A program made the position numbers and the translations under genes. The notes beneath the pieces were generated by a model that saw nothing but the letters and a program-made list of their open reading frames with translations, searched no databases and had not been told where the DNA came from. Below, in pieces: positions 24,656-35,190 of a stretch of 64,000 nt of DNA. Within the stretch, counting starts at the first letter, position 1. Every line of letters begins with the position of its first letter. The stretch comes from an uncultured Chthonomonadaceae bacterium (GTDB lineage: Bacteria; Armatimonadota; Chthonomonadetes; Chthonomonadales; Chthonomonadaceae): assembly GCA_963817895.1 (NCBI GenBank), contig CAWFQB010000014.1, positions 1 through 64,000 on the forward strand. The letters run 5' to 3'.

Positions 24656-25615
24656 CTAAGCGCGGCGGTAGGGACGGCCTAACGCGGCGGGCGCGTAGCT
24701 GCGTTTGGTTCCCCATGCGAGAATGAGCAGTGTTCCAATATACGGCATGGCGAGAAAGATTTGGTAGGGCAGATGCAGTCCCATTGCCTGCCCGCGATAT
24801 TGCAGGGCTTCGGCAAACCCGAACAGCAGCGCGGCTGCCAGACAGCCGCAGGGGTTCCAGCGGCCTGCCGTGACGATGGCGAGCGCGATGAAGCCCCGGC
24901 CTGCCGTCATGTTGGGTACGAAGGTATTGCTGTCGCCGATGGATAAAAACGCGCCCGCCATGCCCGCCATTGCGCCCCCGACCAGAAGAGCGACAAAGCG
25001 GGAACGCTCTACCGATATACCAGACGATGCGGCGGCGGTTGGTTGTTCCCCACAGGCGCGTAATTCCAGCCCTTTGCGCGTTCGGCGCAGCCATAGCCAG
25101 AGTACCGGCACAGCGAAAAGGGCGAAAGGAGTTAGAAGGGTCAGGCTGCCAATCCAATCCAGATTCCACGCTTGCAGGTGGTGAAGCAGCGTGGGAGTAA
25201 GTCCCGCGTTGAGGGGCGGAAGGGCGGCGGTGCTGACAAATTGCCCGGTCGCGCCGAACAATTTACGGTAGATGGTTCCGGTCAAGCCGAGCGCGAGGAG
25301 GTTGATGACCACGCCGACAACAACCTGATTCGCGCTCCAGCGAATTACGAACAGGGCAAATAGAAGGGCGAGCAACAATCCGCCAATCGCGCCGCAAAAC
25401 ACGCCAATATAGGGATTATTCAACGGTAGGTGATTCAGTGGATTGCGCGGGTACAGCGTTCCCAATGTGGCGGCAAAGGCTCCCGTCAGCATCATGCCTT
25501 CCAGCCCTACATTGACAATGCCCGCTTTTTGAACCAGATTTTCCCCCAATGCGGCAATTAGCAGGGGCGTCGCGCTGGTCAAAGTGGCTTGAAGGGTTCC
25601 CGTAAAGACACTCAT
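24656..25615 (-). CDS. nucleoside ABC transporter permease
   Basis: GIVNVGLEGMML, GLELRACGE, GRGFIALA. Confidence 0.9.
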   Translation of the reverse strand: MSVFTGTLQATLTSATPLLIAALGENLVQKAGIVNVGLEGMMLTGAFAATLGTLYPRNPLNHLPLNNPYIGVFCGAIGGLLLALLFALFVIRWSANQVVVGVVINLLALGLTGTIYRKLFGATGQFVSTAALPPLNAGLTPTLLHHLQAWNLDWIGSLTLLTPFALFAVPVLWLWLRRTRKGLELRACGEQPTAAASSGISVERSRFVALLVGGAMAGMAGAFLSIGDSNTFVPNMTAGRGFIALAIVTAGRWNPCGCLAAALLFGFAEALQYRGQAMGLHLPYQIFLAMPYIGTLLILAWGTKRSYAPAALGRPYRRA

Positions 25616-25688
25616 CAGGAATGGTCCTCGCTTCCAATTGGGAGGGTATTAGGTGTGGGGTGTTGGGTGGTGAGCGTGGGATCGTTCA

Positions 25689-26768
25689 TCATTGATCTGC
25701 CTCGCTTCCTGTATGGCGCGACTGCCATGCCCGCGCGCCGACAACCGCCAGAACCGCCGCCGCCTGAACCACGTAAATCAGGACTGAAGAGACGCCATAG
25801 AACCGGGATAGATAGCCGCAACCTGCCGTCAATCCGCCGAAGAACAGTGCGGAAAACAGGGTTCCTATCGGTTCAAGTCCGCCAAGCAGGGCGACGGGAA
25901 TGGCGGTATAGCCCCAACCTGAAGAGAAGTTCGCGTCCAATCGCGCGCTGACGCCGAGCAGTTCAATCGCGCCCGCCAGTCCGCACAATCCGCCGGAAAT
26001 CAGCATGGCGCGAAGGCGTAAAGCCTCTACGGGAAAACGCGCAACGCGGGCGGCTTCCGGGTTCTGGCCGATGACGCGCAGGGCAAAGCCCGTTTGCGTC
26101 CGCTGCATCAGCAGATAAATAACGGGAACGGCAAGGAGGCTTATCAGGACGCCGCTGTGCAGGCGCGTCTGGATGCCACCCGCAAGCGAAGGAGGGATAA
26201 GGCGGGCAAATAAAAACGCGTTGGGAAGCGGGTCAGTCTGTTGGCTGATGTGGGTGTGTTCTTGCAATGGTCCACTGTCGCCGACAAGGGTTCCCACCAG
26301 ATACAGCGCGATATAGTTCAGCATGATGGTGCTGATGACTTCCTGAACATTCCGTTTTGTCCTTAGCCAGCCCGCAATGCCGCCCCAACACGCGCCACTC
26401 GCAACGCCCGCAAGCAGCATGGCAACGGTGAGGAGGGGGGGCGGCAGGGATGCGCCAAACTTGCCGAGGGCAGCGGCGGCAAGCGCGCCCATGAGCAACT
26501 GCCCCTCGCCGCCGATGCTGAACATTCCAGCCCGCCACGCGACCACAACGCCAAGCCCGGTCAGCAGCAGAGGCGACATTTTGACGAGCGTTTCCGAAAT
26601 GGCATACCAGTGTCCGTCTTCGGCATTGCCAACCGCTCCGATCCACAGGCCGACAAGCGCTTTACCGGGTGGAACTCCAAGCAGCATAAATGTGACGACA
26701 AGCAGTAAAATGATGCCAGCCGCGTAACCTGTCATTTGCAGCGCGCTGAATAGCAGACGGCGCGACAT
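25689..26768 (-). CDS. nucleoside ABC transporter permease (true start may be about 26862)
   Basis: FSIGGEGQ, EVISTIMLNY, GQNPEAAR, GWGYTAIPVALLG. Confidence 0.9.
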   Translation of the reverse strand: MSRRLLFSALQMTGYAAGIILLLVVTFMLLGVPPGKALVGLWIGAVGNAEDGHWYAISETLVKMSPLLLTGLGVVVAWRAGMFSIGGEGQLLMGALAAAALGKFGASLPPPLLTVAMLLAGVASGACWGGIAGWLRTKRNVQEVISTIMLNYIALYLVGTLVGDSGPLQEHTHISQQTDPLPNAFLFARLIPPSLAGGIQTRLHSGVLISLLAVPVIYLLMQRTQTGFALRVIGQNPEAARVARFPVEALRLRAMLISGGLCGLAGAIELLGVSARLDANFSSGWGYTAIPVALLGGLEPIGTLFSALFFGGLTAGCGYLSRFYGVSSVLIYVVQAAAVLAVVGARAWQSRHTGSEADQ

Positions 26769-26895
26769 GGGAACGCGCGTGAGGGGCGCGGTATCCTTTG
26801 CGGCGGCTTCCTGCGGGGGCAGGGGAGGTGATGGCGCCTGGTTGTGCTTTCAGGTCGCTCAAGGCATGGGTTCCGTAACAGGCGCAGAAATAGAC

Positions 26896-28446
26896 TCAGA
26901 CGCAGTGAGTAATGCCGCCGAGCAGCAGGCCGATTTGCGTTGAGTCCTGCGATGCGCCATGATAAGGGGTCAGGATGCCGCCGGACAGAATGGCCTGACG
27001 GGTTGACAGAGCGGCGAGTTCGTCAAGGTCGGTGGAAATCAGGACAATGGCTGCGCCCCGCGCCTGCGCCTGTCGCAACTGCGCGTGAACAAAGCGGGTC
27101 GCGCCAATATCCAGTCCGCGCGTGGGATTGACGGCGACAATCCATTCCGGTCGGGCGTGAAGCGCGCGGGCAACAACGATTTTCTGCTGATTGCCGCCGG
27201 AAAGGGAGGAGGCAGGCGTGTGCGCAGAGGGGTACGTATATCGTAGGCGTCAATCAGGGTTTGCGCCAGATTCGCCAGTTTTCTGCGCTGAAGGAATGGG
27301 CCGCGCCGGTAAGCCGGGTCGCGAACGGCATCGAAAAGCAAATTTGTCTCAACGGACAACGAAGTCGCCAATCCTGCGCGGCGGCGATCCTGCGGGATAT
27401 AGCCCACGCGGGGATGCTGTCCGGCGACAAATGGCTGCCCCTGCCACTGCAGATTGCCGGTTTCCAGCGCGCGCAATCCCACCAATCCCTCCGCCAATTC
27501 CGTCTGCCCGTTCCCATCCACGCCGCCGATGCCAAAAATTTCTCCTGCCCCGACTTCCATGCTGACACCGCGTATAGCAAATTCGCCCCGGTCGCCGCGT
27601 ATATGCAGGTTGGAAGCGGAAAACAGGGACTGAAGGATGAAGGATGAAGGATGAACGTCTTCGTCCTGTCTCGTATCTGTCTCCTCTTCTGCCTTGTCGC
27701 CTGCCGATCATCCATGCGGCGAGTTGGGGGGCGTTTGTGTTTGCAACTTCTGTGGTGGCAACGTTGCGGCCCTGCCGAAGAACGGTAACGCGATCTGCAA
27801 CGGCGAGAATTTCGGCCAGTTTGTGCGCGATCAGGATGATGGAGTGCCCTTCATCGCGTAATAGGCGCAGGACGCTGAACAGTTCTTCCACTTCGGCTCC
27901 GGCGAGAACCGCCGTCGGTTCATCGAAAATGAGCAGGCGGGCATCGGTGGCAAGCGCTTTCACGATTTCCACGCGCTGCTGCGCGCCAACGGGCAGGTCG
28001 GCAACGCGGCTTAATCGGGGCAGTTTCCAGCCCAAAGCCTCAGCGCGGTCGAGCGATTGCTGTGCCGCATTGGATGCGCGATATGACAGGCGCTTGCCCC
28101 GGTAATCGGCGTCTAAAGCCAAATTCTCCTCAACGGTGAACGCGGGTACGAGCGTGAAGTGCTGATGCACCATTGCGATGCCTGCCTGCCGGGCAGCGCG
28201 GGGCGTGGGCAGATGTACAGGCTGGCCGTTAAGATGAATTGTGCCGCTGTTGGGCATGGTCAGACCGGCCAGAATGTGCATCAGCGTGGACTTGCCCGCG
28301 CCGTTTTCGCCAAGCAGGGCGTGTATCTCACCGGATTGAACGGAGAGATGCGCGTCCTGAAGCGCGGTCACGGCTGCAAAGCGTTTGGTGATGCCGCGCA
28401 TTTCCAGCAGGATTGGTTTGGGTGGTGTGTTAAGAATAGCCCTCAA
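26896..28446 (-). CDS. ABC transporter ATP-binding protein, two-domain (frameshifted)
   Basis: GENGAGKST, IFDEPT, GVDGNGQ, SGGNQQK, ISTDLDE. Confidence 0.9.
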
Positions 28447-28490
28447 CCCCCGGCCCCTTCTCCCAAAAAAGCCTGGGAGAAGGGGAGGCT
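28439..28490 (+). repeat. REP-like palindrome, subfamily B
   Basis: CCCTCAACCCCCGGCCCCTTCTCCCAAAAAAGCCTGGGAGAAGGGG; matches 57614-57665. Confidence 0.85.
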
Positions 28491-28528
28491 ATAGAGTTCG
28501 AGATGAGATGGAGAAGTAAGGCATGGTA

Positions 28529-29630
28529 TTAGATAGGAAGTGAGCCGTCTACGATTTTCTTTTGGGCGTCGTCCAGTTTCTTTTTCAGGTCGGCGGGAAT
28601 TTTGCCGGCAAGTTGGGGGTTGAGAACGAAGCCGATGACGCCGCTTTTCATGTCGTAGGGCGTGGTCGAGGACTTGAACGTGTTGTCTTTGACGCTTTTT
28701 GCGATCGGCACGAAGGCTTTTTCAATGAAGATGGGCGCGCTGGCGAGGATCACATCGGGCGCGGCGGCGTTCTGGTCGTTGTTTGTGCCGAGCGCGAACA
28801 CGGACTTGCCGGATTTGGAAGCCTCTTCGACCGCGTTGAACACGCCTTTGGCGGCGGCGTCCACGTCCTGCATAATCACGTCCGCGTTCTGATTGAGCAG
28901 GGCGGCTGTTTGGTCTTTGGCTTTTTTCACGTCGTCCCAACTGCCGGTATACGCGGGTTCCAGCACTTTGACATTGGGGTCAACCGCTTTCGCGCCCTTT
29001 TCAAAGGCGGTGAACACGTCCTGCACGGGCGGAATTTTCTCCGCGCCGACGCAGGCGAGAATATGCGTTTTGCTCATGCCCGCCGCCAACATGCCTTCCA
29101 GATACGCGCCATCCGCCAGTTTCAGAATGATGGGCGTGAAGTTCGCGCCGCCTTTTTCGCCCGAAGAAACGACGAAAAGGGTTTTGGGGAACTGCGCGGC
29201 AATGCGTGGCAACCTTGTCCTGATACTCGTGTCCATGCGCGAAAATGATGTTGAATTTCTTGCTGGCGAAGCCGTTCAGACTCTCGTCCCGGTCGCTGTC
29301 CGAAGTACGGTTTTCCTCGACGGCAACATCGCCTTCACTCAGGTTGAGTTCCTGCTTGACAGCCTGCAAACCCTTGTAGGCGCCCGCGTTCCAGCCATTG
29401 TCGCTGGTCGGCCCGGAGGTGATGAGCGCGACTTTGAAAGCATCGGAGTTTCCGGGCGTACCCGCTTCGGGCTTTGCAGCCGCGCTGTTGGGCGTGGACG
29501 CAGGGCTGGAGCGATGTCGGCGGCAGTATCAGGCCGCCCGCAGCCGGAAAGCGCGATAGCGGAAGCGCAAGCGGCAATCAGGAAGTTTGGAACAAGTAGG
29601 AATGTGGGCGGGAAGGCGGAAGCGCGTCAT
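28529..29630 (-). CDS. BMP-family nucleoside-binding lipoprotein (frameshifted)
   Basis: SDNGWNAGAYKG, IFAHGHEY, YTGSWDD, ADVIMQD. Confidence 0.88.
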
Positions 29631-29668
29631 ATCAAATCTCCATTTGGTTTCGGCTAAGGAATTCTTGC

Positions 29669-30717
29669 TCAGGAAGGATTGGGTACGGCGGATGGCTGTA
29701 CGTGCGGCAGCAGCAACGAGTCCAGCAGGGCATCGGGTGGCTGCGCGTGGGGCCAGGCGAACGCATGGCGGAAGGCCGCGTCCTGACACCGGCGCAACTG
29801 AGTAAAATCAATGATGTCCTGCGTCAGCAAGTTTTCAAACTCAAAGGGCAGCCGGACGTTGTGCAGGCCGGGATTGTCGGTGCAGATGGCGATGTCCACG
29901 CCCGCCGCCTCGCAACTGGTAAATACGGTCTTTAGCGACGCTAAGATCGTCCAATGTTCCGGTTTTCAGGTAGGACGTGGGGCATACTTCCAGGCATTGG
30001 CCGCGTTTTGCCACATCATCCAGCAATTCGGGAAAGCGCAACGGGATTTGAATGCCGTGTCCGATCCGATTCAGGTAGGGCAGCAGTTCCGGGTAAAAGC
30101 CGTTGGTCGTCTCGAACAGATGGCAGGTTGTTTTCAGGCCGAGCGAACGGGCGTATTGGAACAGGCCGACAAACTCTTCCAATCGCGCGCCATACAGCGT
30201 ATCCGGTCCGGCGAGATCAACGCCGCAGACAAAAGAGGGTTCACTGGCTGCCAATTCCACAATGGCTTTGTTGACGGCGTAGGGCAGGCGGCTGTGCATA
30301 CACAAAATCTGGCGCATGAGCAACGGATAGTTGGGATTGTAACTGTTCGCGCCAATCATGCGGACGATATCGCGCATTTGCGCGATGCGGTCGGGTTCCG
30401 TCCGGTTCGGGTCGGTGCGGTAATAGGCCGTATGGCGTAGTTCCAGATACAGGATACCCTCAAAAACATACGCGCCGCGAATCAGTTTGGACACAAAATA
30501 AGGGAGGGTTTCCAATAACTGCACGTGTTCCACCATCGTATGCAGTTCGAGAAACTCGGTCAGGCTGGCGCGGGGGAGGGTGACGTACTCCTCGAACTCT
30601 TCATAAATTGGAAATTCCTGCTGCGAGTGGATGCCCGGTGCGCTTGAGAAAACGCCAGAATATGCGCGGCACGACGGCTCCTCCTAAATGGCGATGCAGA
30701 TCGGCATGCAACGGCAT
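29669..30717 (-). CDS. adenosine deaminase family protein (frameshifted)
   Basis: ADLHRHLGG, GVDLAG, RIGHG, LEVCPTS, ICTDNPG. Confidence 0.88.
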
Positions 30718-30740
30718 GATAATGTCCTTGTTAGATAGTA

Positions 30741-30790
30741 GCCCTCAACCCCGGGCGGGTCTCCCAAAAAAGCCTGGGAGAAGGGGGAGC
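30741..30790 (+). repeat. REP-like palindrome, subfamily B
   Basis: CCCTCAACCCC...CTCCCAAAAAAGCCTGGGAGAAGGGG. Confidence 0.8.
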
Positions 30791-30810
30791 CTTAAGTGGA
30801 AGATGGAGGG

Positions 30811-31917
30811 TTAATTTTCAAGAATGGTTTTGTATATGGTTTCGATGTTGTATATCATACGCTCCAGCGTGTAGTGTTGTTCAACGCGCAGGCGGCCTTG
30901 AATCCCCATTTCATGGCAGCGGCGCGAGTCTTTTAATAGCAGTATCAGGGCTTTTGCCAGTTCGTCAGGTTTTTCCGGGGGAACCAGCATGCCAGTAATA
31001 TCTGGGGCAATTGTTTCGGCAAGGCCACCGACATTAGTCGCAACAACGGGTTTGTGAGCCGCCATAGCTTCCAGAGCCACAATGCCCTGTCCCTCCTGAC
31101 GAGAGGGAACGGCGACAATGCTGGCGGTCTTGAGGAGTGATACCGGATTTTCTACTCTGCCGGGAAAGTGACACGCGCCGTCAAGCTTTACTGCAAGCGT
31201 GTGAAGCGACTCGCGTTCCGGCCCGTCGCCCGCAATGAGTAATCGGGCGGTCGGAAATGCGCTGAGAACGTCTGCGAATGCGGTTATGAGCAGGTCAAAT
31301 CCTTTTTCTGGCGACAAGCGGCCAAGACCGACGACGAGGGGCGCGTGAGCCGGAATGTTCCACTCGCTGCGTACAGCGGTTGTATCCGGCAGGTCGAAGG
31401 CAGCAACCGAAATGCCATTCGGAACAACGCAGATTTTCTCGTTGGGAAAACCTGCCGTTATTAATGAATCGGCAACCGCCTGCGATACGGCAAGAATACG
31501 GCGAGTGGATTGCCCAATGATGCGCAGTAAAACGCGCTGCAATCTTCCTGTGGGCGGCACAAGGTTGTGGGCAGTAAATAACGATGGAACGCCCGCCCGC
31601 TTTGCCGCCAACACGCCGATGAGAGCGGCGCGTAAGCCATGCGCGTGAACCAAATCCGCGTTGCCGCGCAATTGTTTTGTGAGGTCGTTGATGGCGCGTA
31701 AGTCTTCTGAAATATTCGTTTTTGCCGATATGGCAACTATATGCTGCTTTATTGGTTGCGCGGCAGCATCCAGCGTGAAATCAGCAGGGGCATATATGGA
31801 AGGCGAAAAATGCTCACGGTCTAATCCGGCAGTCAGCAGCGACACATGTTTACGTATGCCGCCCTCGGCAGGACGTACTACCTGTGCTACGCGGATTACA
31901 GAGTTTCTGCCGTTCAT
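30811..31917 (-). CDS. glycosyltransferase family 4
   Basis: HAHG, VPNG, GRLSPEKG, PSRQEGQGIVALEAMA. Confidence 0.92.
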   Translation of the reverse strand: MNGRNSVIRVAQVVRPAEGGIRKHVSLLTAGLDREHFSPSIYAPADFTLDAAAQPIKQHIVAISAKTNISEDLRAINDLTKQLRGNADLVHAHGLRAALIGVLAAKRAGVPSLFTAHNLVPPTGRLQRVLLRIIGQSTRRILAVSQAVADSLITAGFPNEKICVVPNGISVAAFDLPDTTAVRSEWNIPAHAPLVVGLGRLSPEKGFDLLITAFADVLSAFPTARLLIAGDGPERESLHTLAVKLDGACHFPGRVENPVSLLKTASIVAVPSRQEGQGIVALEAMAAHKPVVATNVGGLAETIAPDITGMLVPPEKPDELAKALILLLKDSRRCHEMGIQGRLRVEQHYTLERMIYNIETIYKTILEN

Positions 31918-31947
31918 TTTTGCCCTGTTCTTGTCCGCGAGTCATTG

Positions 31948-32695
31948 TAGTACCCTGTGAAGTAAGTTCTGCCGCAGAACCCGGCATATAAAATGCCGGT
32001 TTGAGAGGCCTGCGGCCAATCGTACTGTAGACGAAAGAATCTCCAGAGTGTTTACTTCCGTCTGTATCTGTAGATAGCGCAGTACCTAACTGTGTCTACT
32101 ACGAATCTCTTGTTCCCATACTTGCTCGGCGAGGCGACAATCGGGGCAATACAGTACATCGGCTTCGCTTTCTTCACATACCTCGCAGCCGCCCAAGACA
32201 TGTGGGTATGCGTAGGGAAAGCGTGTATTTCTTGCCTCCCGATACTCCTCTTCGTATCTTATCAATCCGTAATGTATCAATACGCGGTCTGGCTGAAAGC
32301 GGCAGTCGTGAACCGGGCAGGACAGTATTGGGGCTGCGAGGTAATCAAAGGAAACGGATGCGTACTCGCTGCGTACCCGTGTAAAAGCGTCCCAAAGGTC
32401 TTGTTGCCAGAAAAGCAACCGCCCTTTCTCACGACAAGTCGTATTCAGCTTATCCAGAAACTTGCGATACTGTTCTTCACCACAAAAAGCTTCGAAATGC
32501 GCAGCAAGTTTTTTATGTGCAAATGGATGCGTCACGTTTCCCGACTTTGATAAAAGAATTTGTTAAAAAACTTCTAATATAGTATGATATAAATATGTTA
32601 ATAGTCTTTCGTCTGAGGGACGATTGGCTGCAGGCCTTTCCAACCGGCATTTTATATGCCCGACTCTGCGGCAGAACTTACTTCACAGGGTACTA
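31948..32695. mobile_element. non-autonomous cassette with 91-bp terminal inverted repeats and one passenger gene
   Basis: 31948-32038 versus reverse complement of 32605-32695: 81/91 identical, first 31 bp perfect (TAGTACCCTGTGAAGTAAGTTCTGCCGCAGA); TA at both outer ends; no transposase. Confidence 0.8.
32086..32535 (-). CDS. hypothetical Cys-rich protein (cassette passenger)
   Basis: 149 aa with CPVH, GGC, YCPDCR motifs; more AT-rich than flanks. Confidence 0.7.
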   Translation of the reverse strand: MTHPFAHKKLAAHFEAFCGEEQYRKFLDKLNTTCREKGRLLFWQQDLWDAFTRVRSEYASVSFDYLAAPILSCPVHDCRFQPDRVLIHYGLIRYEEEYREARNTRFPYAYPHVLGGCEVCEESEADVLYCPDCRLAEQVWEQEIRSRHS

Positions 32696-33784
32696 ACGCG
32701 GCACTTCGATACTTTGCAGGATGGATTCTACCACACGGTCGGTTGTGTAGCCCTCTATTTCGGATTCGGGGCGCAACATCAGGCGGTGGCGGAGAACGGG
32801 CGTCGCCATTTGCTTGACATCATCGGGCGTGACATAGGCGCGTCCGCGTATTGCGGCTAAGGTTTTGGTGGTGAGCAGCAGGGTAATGGCGGCGCGGGGA
32901 CTGGCTCCCAATGTGAGATGGCGGTTGTCGCGGGTGGCGCGGACAATTTGCACCATGTAGCGCTGTACGGCAGGGTCTACCGATACGCGATCTATTTCCG
33001 CCTGATAGAGGGGCAAATCGGGCATTTCAAGGGCGGGCAGAATCTGGGCGCGGTCGAGATTTTGCGAACGGAAACCGCCCTGTACCCGCGCAATAATATT
33101 CTGCTCTTCCTCCGCGCCGGGATACGGAACGATGATTTTCAGCATGAAGCGATCCAATTGCGCTTCGGGCAGGGCATACGTGCCTTCGTACTCAATCGGG
33201 TTTTGGGTGGCGCAGACGAGGAACGGCGCGGGCAGATCGTGGGATACGCCGTCAATGGTGACGCGGCGTTCCTCCATGGCTTCGAGCAGGGCGGATTGCG
33301 TTTTGGGGGGTGTCCGGTTTATTTCGTCGGCAAGGACAAGTCCGGCAAACAGCGGGCCTTTCTTCAGACTGAACTGCTGCGCGCGCGGATCAAAAATACT
33401 GGTTCCCAGAATGTCGGACGGCATCAGGTCGGGCGTGAACTGAATACGGGCAAAGGACACGTTGAAAATGCGGGCAAGGGTGCGAATGGACAGCGTTTTG
33501 GCCGTGCCGGGTACGCCTTCCAACAGGACATGCCCGCCCGCCAGAACAGCGACAATCAGCATTTCAATAAGTTCGTTCTGCCCTACAAGCGTTTTGTGCA
33601 TCTCCTGCGTAATGCGGGAAGCGAGTTCTCGAACCGCTGAAACCGGCGCGGCTGCAAAATCCATCGCCGGAACGAACGCCGGAACCGTAGCGGGCGCAGG
33701 CGCGGGAATATTCGGTATAAATGGCTCAACGGCAACAGGGGGCGCGAAAATGTCTTCCGGCTGCGCGTCACTAATTTCCGACAA
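32693..33784 (-). CDS. MoxR-family AAA+ ATPase
   Basis: EGVPGTAKT, RIQFTPDLMPSD, DEINRTPPKTQSALLEAM, PEAQLDRF. Confidence 0.95.
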   Translation of the reverse strand: MSEISDAQPEDIFAPPVAVEPFIPNIPAPAPATVPAFVPAMDFAAAPVSAVRELASRITQEMHKTLVGQNELIEMLIVAVLAGGHVLLEGVPGTAKTLSIRTLARIFNVSFARIQFTPDLMPSDILGTSIFDPRAQQFSLKKGPLFAGLVLADEINRTPPKTQSALLEAMEERRVTIDGVSHDLPAPFLVCATQNPIEYEGTYALPEAQLDRFMLKIIVPYPGAEEEQNIIARVQGGFRSQNLDRAQILPALEMPDLPLYQAEIDRVSVDPAVQRYMVQIVRATRDNRHLTLGASPRAAITLLLTTKTLAAIRGRAYVTPDDVKQMATPVLRHRLMLRPESEIEGYTTDRVVESILQSIEVPR

Positions 33785-33799
33785 GTTGCAATCTCCTTT

Positions 33800-33850
33800 A
33801 CCTCACCCCAACCCATCTCCTTGCCGCTCGTTCCTCGCCAGGAGAGGGGC
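33800..33850 (+). repeat. REP-like palindrome, subfamily A (degenerate partner at about 33863-33902)
   Basis: CCTCACCCCAACCCATCTCC...GGAGAGGGGC. Confidence 0.8.
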
Positions 33851-33975
33851 TAAGAAGGGTTCAACCCTCTTTGTGTCGCTCCATAGTCGCTAAAAGTGGG
33901 GCATTATGGTTAATGGTGGACGTGGTTCCTAGAATTGTTTCCCAATCTTGGAAGAAGGGGAGTATGTTGATTATA

Positions 33976-35190
33976 TTATGGTTCGTGAAGGTCAAACAAA
34001 TTATTGTAGTGGTGTAATTGCCGCGCCAAATCGAGCATTTCGTTTGCGGGTATACGCTGGCCGGATGCTACTTGATCGCAGCGTAACATCAGTTGGCTGA
34101 GTTCGTTTGCCTGTTGCGGATAACGCTTAGTGACGCGCTGCATGAGTTCGGGCGTGGAAACATCGGGCGGCGCGTCCAGATGGCGAATCAGCAGATGGCG
34201 AAAATCCTGATATAGCGTTTGGACCACGATGTCACTGGCTTCTGCCCGCTGGAACCAACGCGCAAGCGAGTACACGTATTCCGTGCTTGCGCGATATGTC
34301 GGAACGGGAAGCGAACGGGAAATGCCGAAGCGACGGTTGCCGTTGTACAGGTTCAGCAGCAAAAGTATAATAAAAGGCCATGTGGCGAGTTTGATGGGAC
34401 GGGGCAGGGTGGAAATCCAGTTTTGCCGCGCGTCGCCTGCCGTGTCAAACCCGACGCCGTGATGGTACTCGTCGAATTGAATGTTCCGCTTATTGTCGCC
34501 GACCGCCGCCTGCGCGACATTGGCGAGGAATACGACGTTATCGGACTCTTTGATTCCTTTGTTGCTGACCATTCCGGTATCGGCAACCAGCACAATATGC
34601 CCCTTGCCGAGCGGTTTATGCGCCGCGATAATCCCCTGACCGTCCTTAAACAGCGCGGTATACGGCGCGTTGGGGGCAGGCTTCAGGCGGACGGGACTGG
34701 CAACCGTAATGCTGCCGACATTGCGCGTATAAGGCAAAGACTCCGGCATCGGAGTCGCTTCATCCGGTTCGGGACCGGCGGAAACCACTTCGATGTCGCC
34801 CGCAAGCGTATCCTGCGGATCAAGAGGGCGCGGCGGGTCAGACAGGAAATACAGCGTGGTTCCACCCGCCTGCGTCCAGGATCGCAGGGCGTCCACTTCC
34901 TTTGCGGTCGGCTGACGTTTCTTATCCAGTGGTTCCACAACCACAATCATGCCGTCGTTTGGGCTAAGAGTATCCCATGTGGAAGTCAGACGCCGAACGG
35001 AGTAGGCATTTGTTTCCAGAAGGGCGTACAGCGCTTTGGAACCTGCGGGGTTCGCGTTCAGGCTGCTGGCGGACGAACTTGCCACGACCGCCTGACCCGC
35101 CTGTTCCGCAAACAGGGCGATGATGAGAAACGCGCCCAATAGCAGAGCGACAATTGCGTATTCAGGAATATGTCGGCGGGAATTTGTCAT
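33976..35190 (-). CDS. DUF4350-domain membrane protein
   Basis: SSLNANPAGSKALYALL, GKGHIVLVAD, FDEYHHG, RRFG. Confidence 0.8.
   Translation of the reverse strand: MTNSRRHIPEYAIVALLLGAFLIIALFAEQAGQAVVASSSASSLNANPAGSKALYALLETNAYSVRRLTSTWDTLSPNDGMIVVVEPLDKKRQPTAKEVDALRSWTQAGGTTLYFLSDPPRPLDPQDTLAGDIEVVSAGPEPDEATPMPESLPYTRNVGSITVASPVRLKPAPNAPYTALFKDGQGIIAAHKPLGKGHIVLVADTGMVSNKGIKESDNVVFLANVAQAAVGDNKRNIQFDEYHHGVGFDTAGDARQNWISTLPRPIKLATWPFIILLLLNLYNGNRRFGISRSLPVPTYRASTEYVYSLARWFQRAEASDIVVQTLYQDFRHLLIRHLDAPPDVSTPELMQRVTKRYPQQANELSQLMLRCDQVASGQRIPANEMLDLARQLHHYNNLFDLHEP

Noticed and set aside
29814..30717. RADAR-type defence deaminase
   Set aside because: Ordinary-length deaminase heading a BMP nucleoside ABC operon; no RdrA-like ATPase
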